Shown here in pieces: positions 1 to 10,096 of a DNA stretch of 32,000 nucleotides (positions are counted from its first letter, which is position 1; each line of letters opens with the position of its first letter). This DNA comes from an uncultured archaeon (lineage in GTDB: Archaea; Asgardarchaeota; Thorarchaeia; Thorarchaeales; CAZPUN01): positions 30,001 through 62,000 of the forward strand of contig CAZPUN010000039.1 of NCBI GenBank assembly GCA_964589775.1. Reading direction: 5' to 3'. The notes under the pieces were generated by a model. That model was not told the origin of the DNA, did not search any database, and was given only the letters and a program-made list of their open reading frames with translations. The translations under genes were made by a program, and so were the position numbers.

Positions 1-625
1 TGCTCAGGATACATGGTCCTTTATTTCCTGGAAGACAATAAGTCAAATATTGGGAAATGATTTCAACATGACCACAGCCTATGTGCTAGTTAAACTAAAC
101 AAATTGGAGCAATCAGATTCATTTACCGACACGATGAAGAAATATACATCATTTGTACAAAGTATAAAATCTGTTAAAGAACTTAAAGACAATTTGTTGT
201 CTACTTTTCAATATAGAATTAATATACAAATTTCCGAGCTCGTATTGCTATTCACAATGTTTTTGGCAACTATCGGTACTTTCATTATTATTCAAGTCTC
301 ACTTGCGGAAAAACGACGCGAAATCGCATTAATCAGTGTTCGCGGACTTTCCATAAAACAAATGGCTCAAATGCTACTCGCAGAAACCTCGATTATATTT
401 ATTCTATCATTAGCCTTAGGTACATTTGTTGGAACTATTATGGCATATGGCACAATAATTTCGCAATCTGAAATACTTAGTTCATTAGTTGTAGAAAGAA
501 TGGTATTTGGCCCGGATGTATTAGGAACTATTGGACTTCTTATTGGAGTAATATTATTATGTATGATAGTACCGGTCCTGTTTGTGGCAAGAAAGGGGAC
601 CAAAGACTTTGAAACATTGAGGTGA
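1..625 (+). CDS. FtsX/MacB-type ABC transporter permease, C-terminal part (5'-truncated by window edge)
   Basis: Frame is open from position 2. Contains the EKRREIALISVRG motif typical of FtsX-like permeases and three C-terminal TM segments. The stop lies next to the RBS of the downstream ABC ATPase. Confidence 0.88.
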   Translation, partial: AQDTWSFISWKTISQILGNDFNMTTAYVLVKLNKLEQSDSFTDTMKKYTSFVQSIKSVKELKDNLLSTFQYRINIQISELVLLFTMFLATIGTFIIIQVSLAEKRREIALISVRGLSIKQMAQMLLAETSIIFILSLALGTFVGTIMAYGTIISQSEILSSLVVERMVFGPDVLGTIGLLIGVILLCMIVPVLFVARKGTKDFETLR

Positions 626-630
626 TCTAT

Positions 631-1521
631 ATGACATTTATTGAAGCTAAAGACTTGGTAAAAGTATATTCAACAGGAAGTATTGAAGTTCAAGCTCTTA
701 GAGGTTTGAACATTGAAATTAATGAGGGGCAATTTGTATCTATCATGGGACCTTCCGGAAGTGGCAAAACTACTTTACTAAACATATTAGGGGGCTTAGA
801 TACTCCAACCGCAGGGCAAGTAATTATACAAGGCGTTTCTATAGGGCAACTATCGTTTAACAATATTGTAAAGTTCCGGAGAGAAGTTGTAGGGCACATA
901 TTTCAGTCTTTCAATCTCATTCCAACACTAACAGCATATGAGAACGTAGAACTACCCATGATCGCTGCTGGAAAAATCAAACAGGATAGACAAAATAGAG
1001 TAATTGATCTACTAAACATTTTGGGCATTGAAGATAGAGCGAAACACAAGCCGGATGAGCTAAGTGGTGGAGAGCAGCAGCGCGTTGCTATAGCTGCAGC
1101 ATTGGCAAATGATCCACCAATAATCCTTGCGGACGAACCCACAGGAGAACTAGATACAACCAACGCACGAATGATTGTTGAGTACCTAAATAAGATCAAC
1201 AAGGAGATGGAAAAAACTATCATTATGGTAACTCATGATCCTTCTGTAGCTCGAAGAACGCAAAAAATTTTCAGAATCGAAGACGGCAGAATTATTGCGG
1301 CGGTAAGACCTTCCGAACTAAAAGAGGAAACTTCTGCAAAATCCTACGGAGAACAAATCAGGTTGCGAATCGAAGCTCTCGATGAGGAGCTCAGGGAACT
1401 TGATGAAGAGTTCAAGTCTGGAAAGATCAATGGAGACCAATATTCAGAGCATAGACTAAGAATTAATAAGATTAAGGAAGCTCTTGTAGAAGAACTACAC
1501 AGAATGGGTGAGTCATTATAA
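631..1521 (+). CDS. ABC transporter ATP-binding protein (LolD/MacB-like) with C-terminal helical extension
   Basis: Walker A GPSGSGKT, signature LSGGEQQR, Walker B ILADEPT, H-loop VTHD. ATG at 631 follows the RBS GAGGTGA; the GTG at 622 in the ORF track is part of that RBS. Confidence 0.95.
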   Translation: MTFIEAKDLVKVYSTGSIEVQALRGLNIEINEGQFVSIMGPSGSGKTTLLNILGGLDTPTAGQVIIQGVSIGQLSFNNIVKFRREVVGHIFQSFNLIPTLTAYENVELPMIAAGKIKQDRQNRVIDLLNILGIEDRAKHKPDELSGGEQQRVAIAAALANDPPIILADEPTGELDTTNARMIVEYLNKINKEMEKTIIMVTHDPSVARRTQKIFRIEDGRIIAAVRPSELKEETSAKSYGEQIRLRIEALDEELRELDEEFKSGKINGDQYSEHRLRINKIKEALVEELHRMGESL

Positions 1522-1633
1522 GACCCGTTCTCCATTATTTTTTGTTTAGGTTATGTATTAGAGTCTAACGTTCATATTAGCACGAGGTTTATTACTTGTA
1601 TAAATAATAAGGAAATCCCGTCTAATGTTTTTG

Positions 1634-1656
1634 CCTAATTAATTATTTAAATTAGG
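1634..1656. promoter_or_regulatory. Inverted repeat CCTAATT-N9-AATTAGG around a TATA-like TTTAAA upstream of DUF401 (candidate operator)
   Basis: Perfect 7-bp arms 34 bp upstream of the start codon. Confidence 0.35.
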
Positions 1657-1689
1657 TGTTAAATTTATTTCACAATCGAGGTGTGATAA

Positions 1690-2880
1690 TTGGATCCTAT
1701 TTTACTCTGGGCCATCATTTTTATCTCTGTTGCAGTAATGCTGTACGTATCTCGAAAGAATATTTGGATTGCACTTTTTACGGGCGGTCTAATCTTGTTA
1801 ATTCCCGTAATTTTAGAAACACCGGCTGAAATCCCAAATATCATTTATAAGACTTTTCTGGATGCTTATATTTTTATTTTAGCAATTGCAGTTGGTCTAA
1901 TTGCGCTCATAGGAGGCTTACTTGAAATTGGAGGGCAGATGTCTCAGCTTGTCGATAATTTACCATTACGTAGAAGAACCACGTTGGCTTTATCACCGGC
2001 AATGATCGGAATGCTCCCGATGCCGGGTGGTGCTTTGTTATCTGCACCGCTTGTAGATAAGTTAGTTGAACCTCATGATCCTGAAGCTGCTTCCGCATTA
2101 AATGTATGGTTTAGGCATGTCTTATTCTTGATTTATCCACTGGGAACAGCATTATTGATCTCTGCAGCTGCTGCTTCTTTAGATGTATACGCAATTCTTG
2201 TATACATGTTTCCATTCTTCATATTTTCAATTATAATTGGATATTTCTTCCTGCTGAGAAAATTCAACAACGATAAGCCAAACGGGCATGGATACGATAA
2301 GAAAGCCTTACTAATGCCCGTAATTGCCCTTGCCATTGCACCCATATTAGATTTTAGTTTGAAAAGAGTCGTACCGATCGCATCTCTTGCAACACTAATT
2401 GGCGTAATTGTTAGTCTTGGTTTTTCACTCTATTTAATTAAAATGGATCGAACGATCTTTCGCAAAGCCGTAAATAAAATGAAACCCTGGGACTTTTCCC
2501 TCATCATATTTGGAATGATGTTCTACATGTATGCATTTATAGCATCCGGGGCATCCTCAGCAATCGCCTCAATGAGCCTACCACCACCTTTACTTATTTC
2601 CATACTGGCATTTATATTGGGATTTATAACCGGAAGAATCCAATCGCCAATGCTAATTCTAATTCCAATCTTTCTTGCACAATACGGTTCAATGACCCCA
2701 TTCTCTTTTGCCGTGGCATTCATAAGCGTTTTTACAGGTTATGTAATTTCACCAATTCATCCATGTGTGAGCGTCACAGCACGATATTTCAACGTATCAA
2801 TAAAGAGTATATTATCAGGCATGCTCAAACCAGCAATCTTATTATTCTTATCAGCATTCATAGCGTCTTTCTTCATTTAA
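1690..2880 (+). CDS. DUF401-family multi-pass membrane protein (IT-superfamily-like transporter)
   Basis: About 11-12 TM segments. Motifs GMLPMPGGALLSAP, NVWFRH and SPIHPC are characteristic of DUF401. TTG start after GAGGTG. Confidence 0.85.
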   Translation: MDPILLWAIIFISVAVMLYVSRKNIWIALFTGGLILLIPVILETPAEIPNIIYKTFLDAYIFILAIAVGLIALIGGLLEIGGQMSQLVDNLPLRRRTTLALSPAMIGMLPMPGGALLSAPLVDKLVEPHDPEAASALNVWFRHVLFLIYPLGTALLISAAAASLDVYAILVYMFPFFIFSIIIGYFFLLRKFNNDKPNGHGYDKKALLMPVIALAIAPILDFSLKRVVPIASLATLIGVIVSLGFSLYLIKMDRTIFRKAVNKMKPWDFSLIIFGMMFYMYAFIASGASSAIASMSLPPPLLISILAFILGFITGRIQSPMLILIPIFLAQYGSMTPFSFAVAFISVFTGYVISPIHPCVSVTARYFNVSIKSILSGMLKPAILLFLSAFIASFFI

Positions 2881-3056
2881 GTCCCTTTTTCTTATTTTTG
2901 AATCTACAATTCGATAAATAATTGGCATAAACCTTTTTTCAACAATTTAACCTCTCACAATATAAACTAAAAATCGATTAAAAAATAAAATCAAAATTAA
3001 ACCTAATCTCAACTAAAACATAATATTAAAAAATAAATTGAAATTTCAAGGGGCCT

Positions 3057-3275
3057 TTACTCCATAATTTCTCTGCGGATGCGTTCGATGATGGGTTCGT
3101 TTTTCCAAGGAGCATCGGGATACGCATCGATAACAAGCATCATTTGCTTTATGACATCTGTAAGATCTTTCTGACTTTCTTTGGATACCAAATATAAGCG
3201 TTCCAGCGTCTGAATGATCTGCGTAGGAGTACTTGGGTCATTATTGCGATTCTTCACATATTCCTCCAAACTCAA
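3057..3275 (-). CDS. Small hypothetical helical protein (70-72 aa)
   Basis: GGTGA RBS followed by TTG (3275 or 3269), protein-like composition, and a T-rich tract downstream. Confidence 0.7.
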   Translation of the reverse strand: MSLEEYVKNRNNDPSTPTQIIQTLERLYLVSKESQKDLTDVIKQMMLVIDAYPDAPWKNEPIIERIRREIME

Positions 3276-3419
3276 TCACCGATTGTCTCTATTGTCTATT
3301 AATGGCTTCAATCTAATATTTAAGTTTACTGATTCAACATATTACTTGCTATATGTAAAGGAAATGAATAGTAAAATTTTACAAAAGAAAAATATACAAA
3401 ATGAAAAAGAGAACAAGAA

Positions 3420-4799
3420 TCATAAAATATCATGCAGAAATTTTTTGAAACGCCCAGTTGGTTTATGCATATTTTTCTTAGCCTTGGAACGTGCGGTACT
3501 AACAATTTTCAAAATCTCTTTGTGCTCCTTTTTTAGTAATCTAATGTGTTTTTTGAAAAGGGCTTCATAAACCTCTCGGGATTGATCTTTTAAATCATAC
3601 AAATACTCTACGATACCTTTGGCAAAATCAATAGTAGCAACCAAAGGTGCAAGAACAGCAACGAAGGGCGGTAGCGAAACAAATATGCTGGCACCGAGCA
3701 AACTTAAGCCATCAAAAGCCGAAATAGCAAGTCTACGCCTCATAGAAGGCGTCTCCAAACCATCAAAAATTCCGGATACAATCTCATCGATCTTATCAAT
3801 ATCAAGTTTGAGAAGCGCTTTATTTATTTTTTCGGGTTTGAAATCTTTCTGTAATTCGAGTATTTGCTCCGCTGTAAGACTCCGCACTGCATCTGAGATG
3901 TGTGCCCGCTCAACAAGTTTTAATTCCCTTTTCATAGACTTCAACTCTTCAAAATAAAATGAGTCGAACCCTTCAATATTCTCAGTCATAAGTGATGTTT
4001 CAATATATTCCAACCCATACAATACTCGCATATCGTCTGTAATTGGAGGAACCCCTAAAAGTGATGAGGCGACAATCCCGTCAATCGAATAAGGAGGTAA
4101 CTTCGTACCATAAGCAGTATTAAGTCCTTGCGTTATGATCGAATATATATTTGATTCCTTGAATTGCACGTATTTTTTCCCAACCTCTGGAAAATATTGA
4201 TGCCACAACGCTCTATGCGGTATGTAAACGACTAGCTCTTCTTCGATTAAATCCGATATTTTGTAGACATTCGAAACAAAATATTTGAGATTATTTATCA
4301 GTCCGTCTAATGCATCTCCACCTTTCTTCATAACGTTCATCAGATAGGCTATGTGATTTATCAACGCAATGTCTTGTAAATAAATCCGATCGTTTATTAG
4401 TAGTCCCGTCTTAACCCCAAGCATAAAGTCGTCGCTTAACCCAAAATGCAAACTATGACTGACTTCATGAGATATATTGCTCATGGTCTTCTCGTAATAG
4501 AGATTCAATCGCTCGATTACGTCTTTTAAATTTTGTATGGCTCCAGCATCCGTAGAAGGCTTTATCTCCATTAAAGATTCTAATATCAACAAATATTCTT
4601 TACCGATCATTCCCAAATAGAAATTTACCCCCATTATTTGGATATTCATTAAATTCAAAACATAGCAATCCGGACATATAGATATTTCATCAAGATTAAT
4701 AATCCCATATTTTCTAATATATCTTGCCGTCATAAATCTTCTATAAATATTTGATAGAATTGGAGCGAAATAATGTACATCTATCCATCTCGCTATCAT
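3420..4799 (-). CDS. Hypothetical protein with CxxC and HExxH motifs and a C-terminal hydrophobic hairpin plus basic tail
   Basis: 459-aa ORF containing CPDC, HEVSH and the hydrophobic segment LSLLGASIFVSLPPFVAVLAPLVA. Confidence 0.75.
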   Translation of the reverse strand: MIARWIDVHYFAPILSNIYRRFMTARYIRKYGIINLDEISICPDCYVLNLMNIQIMGVNFYLGMIGKEYLLILESLMEIKPSTDAGAIQNLKDVIERLNLYYEKTMSNISHEVSHSLHFGLSDDFMLGVKTGLLINDRIYLQDIALINHIAYLMNVMKKGGDALDGLINNLKYFVSNVYKISDLIEEELVVYIPHRALWHQYFPEVGKKYVQFKESNIYSIITQGLNTAYGTKLPPYSIDGIVASSLLGVPPITDDMRVLYGLEYIETSLMTENIEGFDSFYFEELKSMKRELKLVERAHISDAVRSLTAEQILELQKDFKPEKINKALLKLDIDKIDEIVSGIFDGLETPSMRRRLAISAFDGLSLLGASIFVSLPPFVAVLAPLVATIDFAKGIVEYLYDLKDQSREVYEALFKKHIRLLKKEHKEILKIVSTARSKAKKNMHKPTGRFKKFLHDIL

Positions 4800-4819
4800 T
4801 AACTTTCAATAAATATGGG

Positions 4820-5147
4820 CTAGATGTTTTTTAAATCTTGATTGATTGACCAGCAATCCCATCTTATTATTCTTTCACCTGATTCTGAAGTTAGTAGCAA
4901 GGCACAACCTAATTTTTTGCTAAATACCTATAAAAACACTAATGGCTTGTAGCATATTCACATAATTCGTGCAATTCCTTATTTTCAGGATCTGAAAACA
5001 TAAGTCTTCATAAGATGCCTTTTTAATGATTTCGTCGAGTGAATATTGCAATACCCCAAACCTTGTCGTTTGGAATCCTTGCTCTTTAGATATTTTAAAA
5101 ATATTTGAAAATAGATTTTTCATTGATTTTAGCATTGAATGGTACAT
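4820..5147 (-). pseudogene. Possible decayed gene fragment, weakly PIN/VapC-like
   Basis: Protein-like segments in shifting frames on the minus strand (MYHSMLK...SYEDL / MFSDPENKELHELCEYATSH*CFYRYLAK / LGCALLLTSESGERIIRW). Confidence 0.2.
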
Positions 5148-5227
5148 AGCGGCAACTGTGGGAAGCAAACTAAAAGTTCAAAAACGCAGTTGGAAAAATA
5201 AGCACATATAAAATTAAGGTGCAGATT

Positions 5228-7027
5228 ATGAACGGATGGCAAGGGAAGAGCATATGGATAGACTTGAGCGATGAACGCGTAAAAGAAGTACGGATTCCGG
5301 AAGAGTGGTACAAGGAATATTTGGGTGGGACCGGAGTTGGTATTCGAATAATATGGGAGTATATGAAACATGATATAAGCCCATATGATCCAGAAAATCT
5401 ACTTATATTTGCGGTAGGTCCACTCACGGGAACGGAAGTATATGGTGCCGGACGGCACAGTGTGATATCAGTTTCGCCATTAACAAACACGATATTTGAC
5501 TCCACGTCTGGAGGCTTTTTCGGAGCGTATATGAAATTTGCGGGAATAGACAACTTGATTATAACAGGCAAGGCAGAATCGCCGAAGGTCCTTCGGATCT
5601 TTGAAGATGAGGTAGAATTTCTGGATGGTCAGGAATATTGGGGTAAGGATACCTACCAAACTACAAAAGAACTGCGAAAGAGATTAGGCAGCAAATATCG
5701 TGTGGCGACCATCGGGCCTGCAGGTGAGAATTTAGTTCGATATGCATCAATAATAAACGACCCGGTGCATGCGGCAGGTAGAGGTGGATTAGGAGCAGTA
5801 ATGGGCTCGAAGAATTTGAAAGCAATTGCGATAGGGGGAGCGATCAAGCCCAAAATCGGGGATAAACACAGATTGGACAAGCTTCTAAAGAACATGCGAA
5901 TTAGAATAACATGGAATCCAATATTAGGTCGAGCCCTACCGGAGTTTGGAACTGCATCGCTGCTTAATTTGATCAATGAGTTAGGCATGCTACCGACCAA
6001 GAATTTCGAGCGAGGTACATTTGATGCTGCAGAAGAAATTTCAGGCGAAAGTTTAAAGGAACAAGTGTTAAAGAAGCGAAAATCATGTTATAATTGCCCA
6101 ATTGCATGTAAAAGAGTAACAGAAACTGAACACAAGAAGGGAGATGGCCCTGAGTACGAATCGATAGTAAATCTCGGTTCAATGGTTCTATTGAACGACA
6201 TAAGTAAAATTACCGAATTGAATTATCTATGTAATGAACTCGGGCTCGATACAATTTCTATGGGTGGAACTCTGGCTTGTGCCCTTGAATTATCAGAAAT
6301 CGGAGCGATGAATAGAAAACTCGATTGGGGCGACTATGACAAGCTGGTAGAAGCCATTAAAGAGGTAGCAGCAAATAAGTCGGAACTGGGAAAGGATCTT
6401 GCTCTCGGCTCAAAGGAGCTTTCTATAAAGTACAAACATCCGGAGGTATCCGTCCAAGTTAAGGGATTGGAAATGCCAGCATATGACCCGCGGGGAGCAA
6501 TGGGCATGGCATTAACATACGGCACCAGCTATAGAGGTGCATGCCATTTGAGAAGCTGGACAATCTCATTCGAAGTATTGGGAGTGCCAAATCTAATAGA
6601 CCGCTTCTCAATTGTTGAAAAACCGAGTTTGGTCGCCTATACACAGAATCTATCGATGGTATATGATAGCCTTGTCATGTGCCAGCACTACGGTTCGGAA
6701 TTTGATGAGGAACCGCTTGCAGATATATTATCCGCAGTTGTGGGCATAGAATATACGCAAGCAGATTTAATAACAATTGGAGAGAGGATCTGGAACCTTG
6801 CCAGATTAATGAACATAAAACGTGGTTTTGGCTATAATGATGATTTGCTTCCACCAAAAATTATGCAACCGTTAAAGGAAGGACCGTCCGCAGGAGTGGT
6901 GCCACCTTATGAAGATATGTTAAAACAATACTATGAGGTTCGCGGTTGGACGCCACAAGGAATCCCCAAGGAAGAAACATTGAAAAGACTAGGCTTATAC
7001 AACTTGGAGGGGAAGTTTAATGAATGA
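5228..7027 (+). CDS. aor: Tungsten-containing aldehyde:ferredoxin oxidoreductase (AOR family)
   Basis: AGRGGLGAVMGSKNLKAI, CxxCPIxC [4Fe-4S] motif, GPEYE, LGLDTIS, DPRG, RGACHLR, YYEVRGW. ATG at 5228 follows AAGGTG. Confidence 0.95.
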   Translation: MNGWQGKSIWIDLSDERVKEVRIPEEWYKEYLGGTGVGIRIIWEYMKHDISPYDPENLLIFAVGPLTGTEVYGAGRHSVISVSPLTNTIFDSTSGGFFGAYMKFAGIDNLIITGKAESPKVLRIFEDEVEFLDGQEYWGKDTYQTTKELRKRLGSKYRVATIGPAGENLVRYASIINDPVHAAGRGGLGAVMGSKNLKAIAIGGAIKPKIGDKHRLDKLLKNMRIRITWNPILGRALPEFGTASLLNLINELGMLPTKNFERGTFDAAEEISGESLKEQVLKKRKSCYNCPIACKRVTETEHKKGDGPEYESIVNLGSMVLLNDISKITELNYLCNELGLDTISMGGTLACALELSEIGAMNRKLDWGDYDKLVEAIKEVAANKSELGKDLALGSKELSIKYKHPEVSVQVKGLEMPAYDPRGAMGMALTYGTSYRGACHLRSWTISFEVLGVPNLIDRFSIVEKPSLVAYTQNLSMVYDSLVMCQHYGSEFDEEPLADILSAVVGIEYTQADLITIGERIWNLARLMNIKRGFGYNDDLLPPKIMQPLKEGPSAGVVPPYEDMLKQYYEVRGWTPQGIPKEETLKRLGLYNLEGKFNE

Positions 7028-7619
7028 GTTAGATAAAGCAGTCTACTTGAAATTCAAGGATTACGCCAGTCGAATGGCAAGACGTGGCTATGTGACAGCA
7101 CATGGTGGAAATATGAGCATGAGAAGTGGAGACACCGTATGGATAACAAGACATGCAGCCTCACTGGAAGATTTACGACCGGAAGATGTAGTCCGTGTCC
7201 GACTTGACCGCTCATCAGGACATGATTTGATCGCTTCTACAGAACGTCCGGTACATTTTAAAATCTATAGAAATACACCAAACTTGGCAATTATGCATGG
7301 GCACCCACCGTATTCCGTTGCATTAAGCTTCTTCCTAGATAAACTAATACCACCAGATGAGGAAGGACTACATGTATTAAAAGAAGTGCCGGTAGTAGAA
7401 GGAAGCCCAGGTTCTCCAGAACTTGCAGAAGCCGTTGCACATGCCCTAAAAGAACGTTATGCAGTAATTGTAAGAGGACATGGAGTTTTTGCAGCTTCAA
7501 AATTCATTGATGTGGCATATCAATTCTTGTGCATGGTCGAGCACTCGGCACGAATTCACTATTTGATTGATATGATGAAACGCGCAGGCGGAAAGTATAT
7601 CGAACCAAAACTAATTTAA
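7020..7619 (+). CDS. Class II aldolase/adducin family protein (FucA/MtnB-like)
   Basis: GGNMSMR, ASTERPVH, HGHP and RGHG metal-binding motifs. The start overlaps the AOR stop. Confidence 0.9.
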   Translation: MNELDKAVYLKFKDYASRMARRGYVTAHGGNMSMRSGDTVWITRHAASLEDLRPEDVVRVRLDRSSGHDLIASTERPVHFKIYRNTPNLAIMHGHPPYSVALSFFLDKLIPPDEEGLHVLKEVPVVEGSPGSPELAEAVAHALKERYAVIVRGHGVFAASKFIDVAYQFLCMVEHSARIHYLIDMMKRAGGKYIEPKLI

Positions 7620-7636
7620 AAAAATAGAGGATAAGA

Positions 7637-9955
7637 TTACCTCTTCATTTTTATTTTTGACATAATATAGTCCCGCTTTAAAAATAAAATCGTTAATATA
7701 ATTCCCAAGCTTGCAATTGTAAGCAACATAAAAATACTGTTGTAAATCAAAAATTCTAAGAGTGGAACCTCTGAATTAAGTGGGTCAAACCCATTGTTAA
7801 CTTCCCAACCATCTGAATAGCCATCATGATCTGTATCTACAACGTTGGGTTCAGTACCATACTGGTATTCCTGAAAGTTTGTTAGCCCGTCTGAATCTAC
7901 ATCTCCTGTAGCATCATTCATTAGCGGATTTAGTCCATATTGAACTTCCCAGCCGTCCGGCATACCATCGCCATCAGTATCATTTACAGTTGGATCTGTG
8001 CCATGCAAGAATTCATTAATATTAGACAGATTGTCATGGTCCGGGTCAGAATCTCTATTGTTATTATCGGTCGCATTTAATCCATATTGAACTTCCCAGC
8101 TGTCCGGCATACCATCACCGTCAGTATCATTGGATAGCGGATTAGTATGTAGGATTAAAACTTCATAGCCATCAAAAAGCGAATCCTTATCAGTATCATT
8201 ATTCAGAGGATTTGTATTAAGGGTTAAAATCTCATAGCCATCAGTTAAATTATCATGGTCTGTATCATTCAGTAGCGGATTTGTAGAATATTCGTAAATC
8301 TCAGCAAAATCAGATAATTCATCAAAATCTGTATCATTGCGTAGTGGATTTGTATGTGCAGAATAATATTCGAAACCATCAGTTAAATTATCATGGTCCG
8401 TATCCTCCAGTAACGGATTCGTATGAATCTGTAATTCAAGCCCATCGGATAGCCCATCGCCGTCTGTGTCTGATTGTAACGGATTCGTATTTATTACTAG
8501 TTCAGTACTATCAGAAACATTATCATGGTCCGTATCATTCAGTAGCGGATTCGTTCCATGCATCAGTTCTAAATAGTCTGTTAAATTGTCCCCATCACTA
8601 TCCGGCAAACTACTCGAAGATCCAGACGTTATTTCAAAATCATTTGGAAGCCCATCATGGTCCGAATCTAGAAATGAACCGGTTCTATTCACATTTCCTT
8701 TAAAACCGATTGCAGGATAAATGTATGCGTTTTCATGCTCATGAATAAATCTCAGACAATATAGAGTATGATCAATAATTGTGCCACTGAACAATATTTC
8801 TTGATTCCCATCATTATCAATATCGTATACTAGAGGGGACCCGCGAATCCAATAGAATCCGAGAAAACTCGCAATTTCAGTTCCATTCCATGAAACAATA
8901 TGTAGCATTCGATCATCGGAGCCAAATACTATTTCCAAATGTCCATCTAGATTCACATCAACCACCGCTGGCGAATAAACATATCTGTATGCTGCAAACT
9001 TCCATACAAGGCCACCTGTAGAATTTAATACATACAGATTGTTATCAAATGATCCAAAAATTATTTCTAAATCGCCATCTTGATTTATATCCACCACAAC
9101 AGGTGTTGAAACAATTGCATCTTGAGATGCGAACGTCCATTGTAAGTTTCCGGTCACATTGAGACAATAAAATGTTCGATTCTCACTTCCAAAGAAAATT
9201 TCAAGATACCCGTCATTATTTGCGTCTGCAACGTAAGATGATGCCCCAATTACATCATCTGCTGCAAAAGACCACAGTATACTTCCAGTTCCATTTAATG
9301 CATAAAACTTCGAATCATCACAACCAAACAATATATCGGGATATTCATCAATGGAGAGATTTGCAATGATAGGGTCAGACCTAATCGCATAGCCCGTATT
9401 AAAATTCCAAAGAGTTGTCCCATTTGGTTCCATACATATGAGAGATTCATTCGTTCCAAATACGATTTCCGGAACAGTATCCAGATTTAAATCTGCAATA
9501 CTTACAGAAGATTCCACAGCATAACTTAGTTGATAATCGTGCTCGATATTCCCGGAAGAACTGAAAATAAAAATATGTATACCTACACCCAGAATAATTT
9601 CTAAAGCCCCATCATTATCAATATCATATATTACAGGTGTACCATCAATAGAAACACCAAGATTTACCTTCCAAATAAGAGACCCTGTTGAATTTATGCA
9701 ATATAAATAACCATCTGCAGAACCAAATACAATTTCAGAAAGCCCATCATGATTAAAGTCCGAAATAGCAACAGAACCTTTTATACCCCCACCAGCAGTA
9801 AAATTCCAGATGCTTTGCAGATCTGCTGCTCTTACTCCATAGGATATATCAGATACAATACTTACCGGCCTATTATAGTAAATGTGATTATTGGATGTAT
9901 TTGATACTATCAGAATTGATAACAAAACCAATGCAATCATATATCTCTTTTGCAT
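7637..9955 (-). CDS. Membrane-anchored surface protein: FG-GAP/PQQ-like beta-propeller plus 13 Ca-binding DxDxDxxxDxxE (TSP3-like) repeats
   Basis: Signal peptide, repeated DxNxDGxxEIxFGSxD blades, 13 DTDGDGxxDxxE-type repeats, and a C-terminal TM with a basic tail. Confidence 0.88.
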   Translation of the reverse strand: MQKRYMIALVLLSILIVSNTSNNHIYYNRPVSIVSDISYGVRAADLQSIWNFTAGGGIKGSVAISDFNHDGLSEIVFGSADGYLYCINSTGSLIWKVNLGVSIDGTPVIYDIDNDGALEIILGVGIHIFIFSSSGNIEHDYQLSYAVESSVSIADLNLDTVPEIVFGTNESLICMEPNGTTLWNFNTGYAIRSDPIIANLSIDEYPDILFGCDDSKFYALNGTGSILWSFAADDVIGASSYVADANNDGYLEIFFGSENRTFYCLNVTGNLQWTFASQDAIVSTPVVVDINQDGDLEIIFGSFDNNLYVLNSTGGLVWKFAAYRYVYSPAVVDVNLDGHLEIVFGSDDRMLHIVSWNGTEIASFLGFYWIRGSPLVYDIDNDGNQEILFSGTIIDHTLYCLRFIHEHENAYIYPAIGFKGNVNRTGSFLDSDHDGLPNDFEITSGSSSSLPDSDGDNLTDYLELMHGTNPLLNDTDHDNVSDSTELVINTNPLQSDTDGDGLSDGLELQIHTNPLLEDTDHDNLTDGFEYYSAHTNPLRNDTDFDELSDFAEIYEYSTNPLLNDTDHDNLTDGYEILTLNTNPLNNDTDKDSLFDGYEVLILHTNPLSNDTDGDGMPDSWEVQYGLNATDNNNRDSDPDHDNLSNINEFLHGTDPTVNDTDGDGMPDGWEVQYGLNPLMNDATGDVDSDGLTNFQEYQYGTEPNVVDTDHDGYSDGWEVNNGFDPLNSEVPLLEFLIYNSIFMLLTIASLGIILTILFLKRDYIMSKIKMKR

Positions 9956-10096
9956 TCCATTACAATCTCCATTGATTTATGAAAATAAATAATCTTGAAA
10001 GTTCTTAAAACAATTTTTCGTATGAAATAAAGTAAATTTGCAGTAATAAGCTTAAAAATAATATAGAAACAAAATTAAGAGAAAAAAGAGGAAAGA

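Noticed and set aside
4982-4998. Perfect inverted repeat TTTTCAG-GAT-CTGAAAA upstream of aor
   Set aside because: It is about 230 bp from the start, AT-rich and single-copy; it cannot be distinguished from chance.
7800-8670. DNA repeats as a CRISPR array or DGR template/variable repeat
   Set aside because: They are in-frame coding repeats of the Ca-binding motif, and no reverse transcriptase is present.
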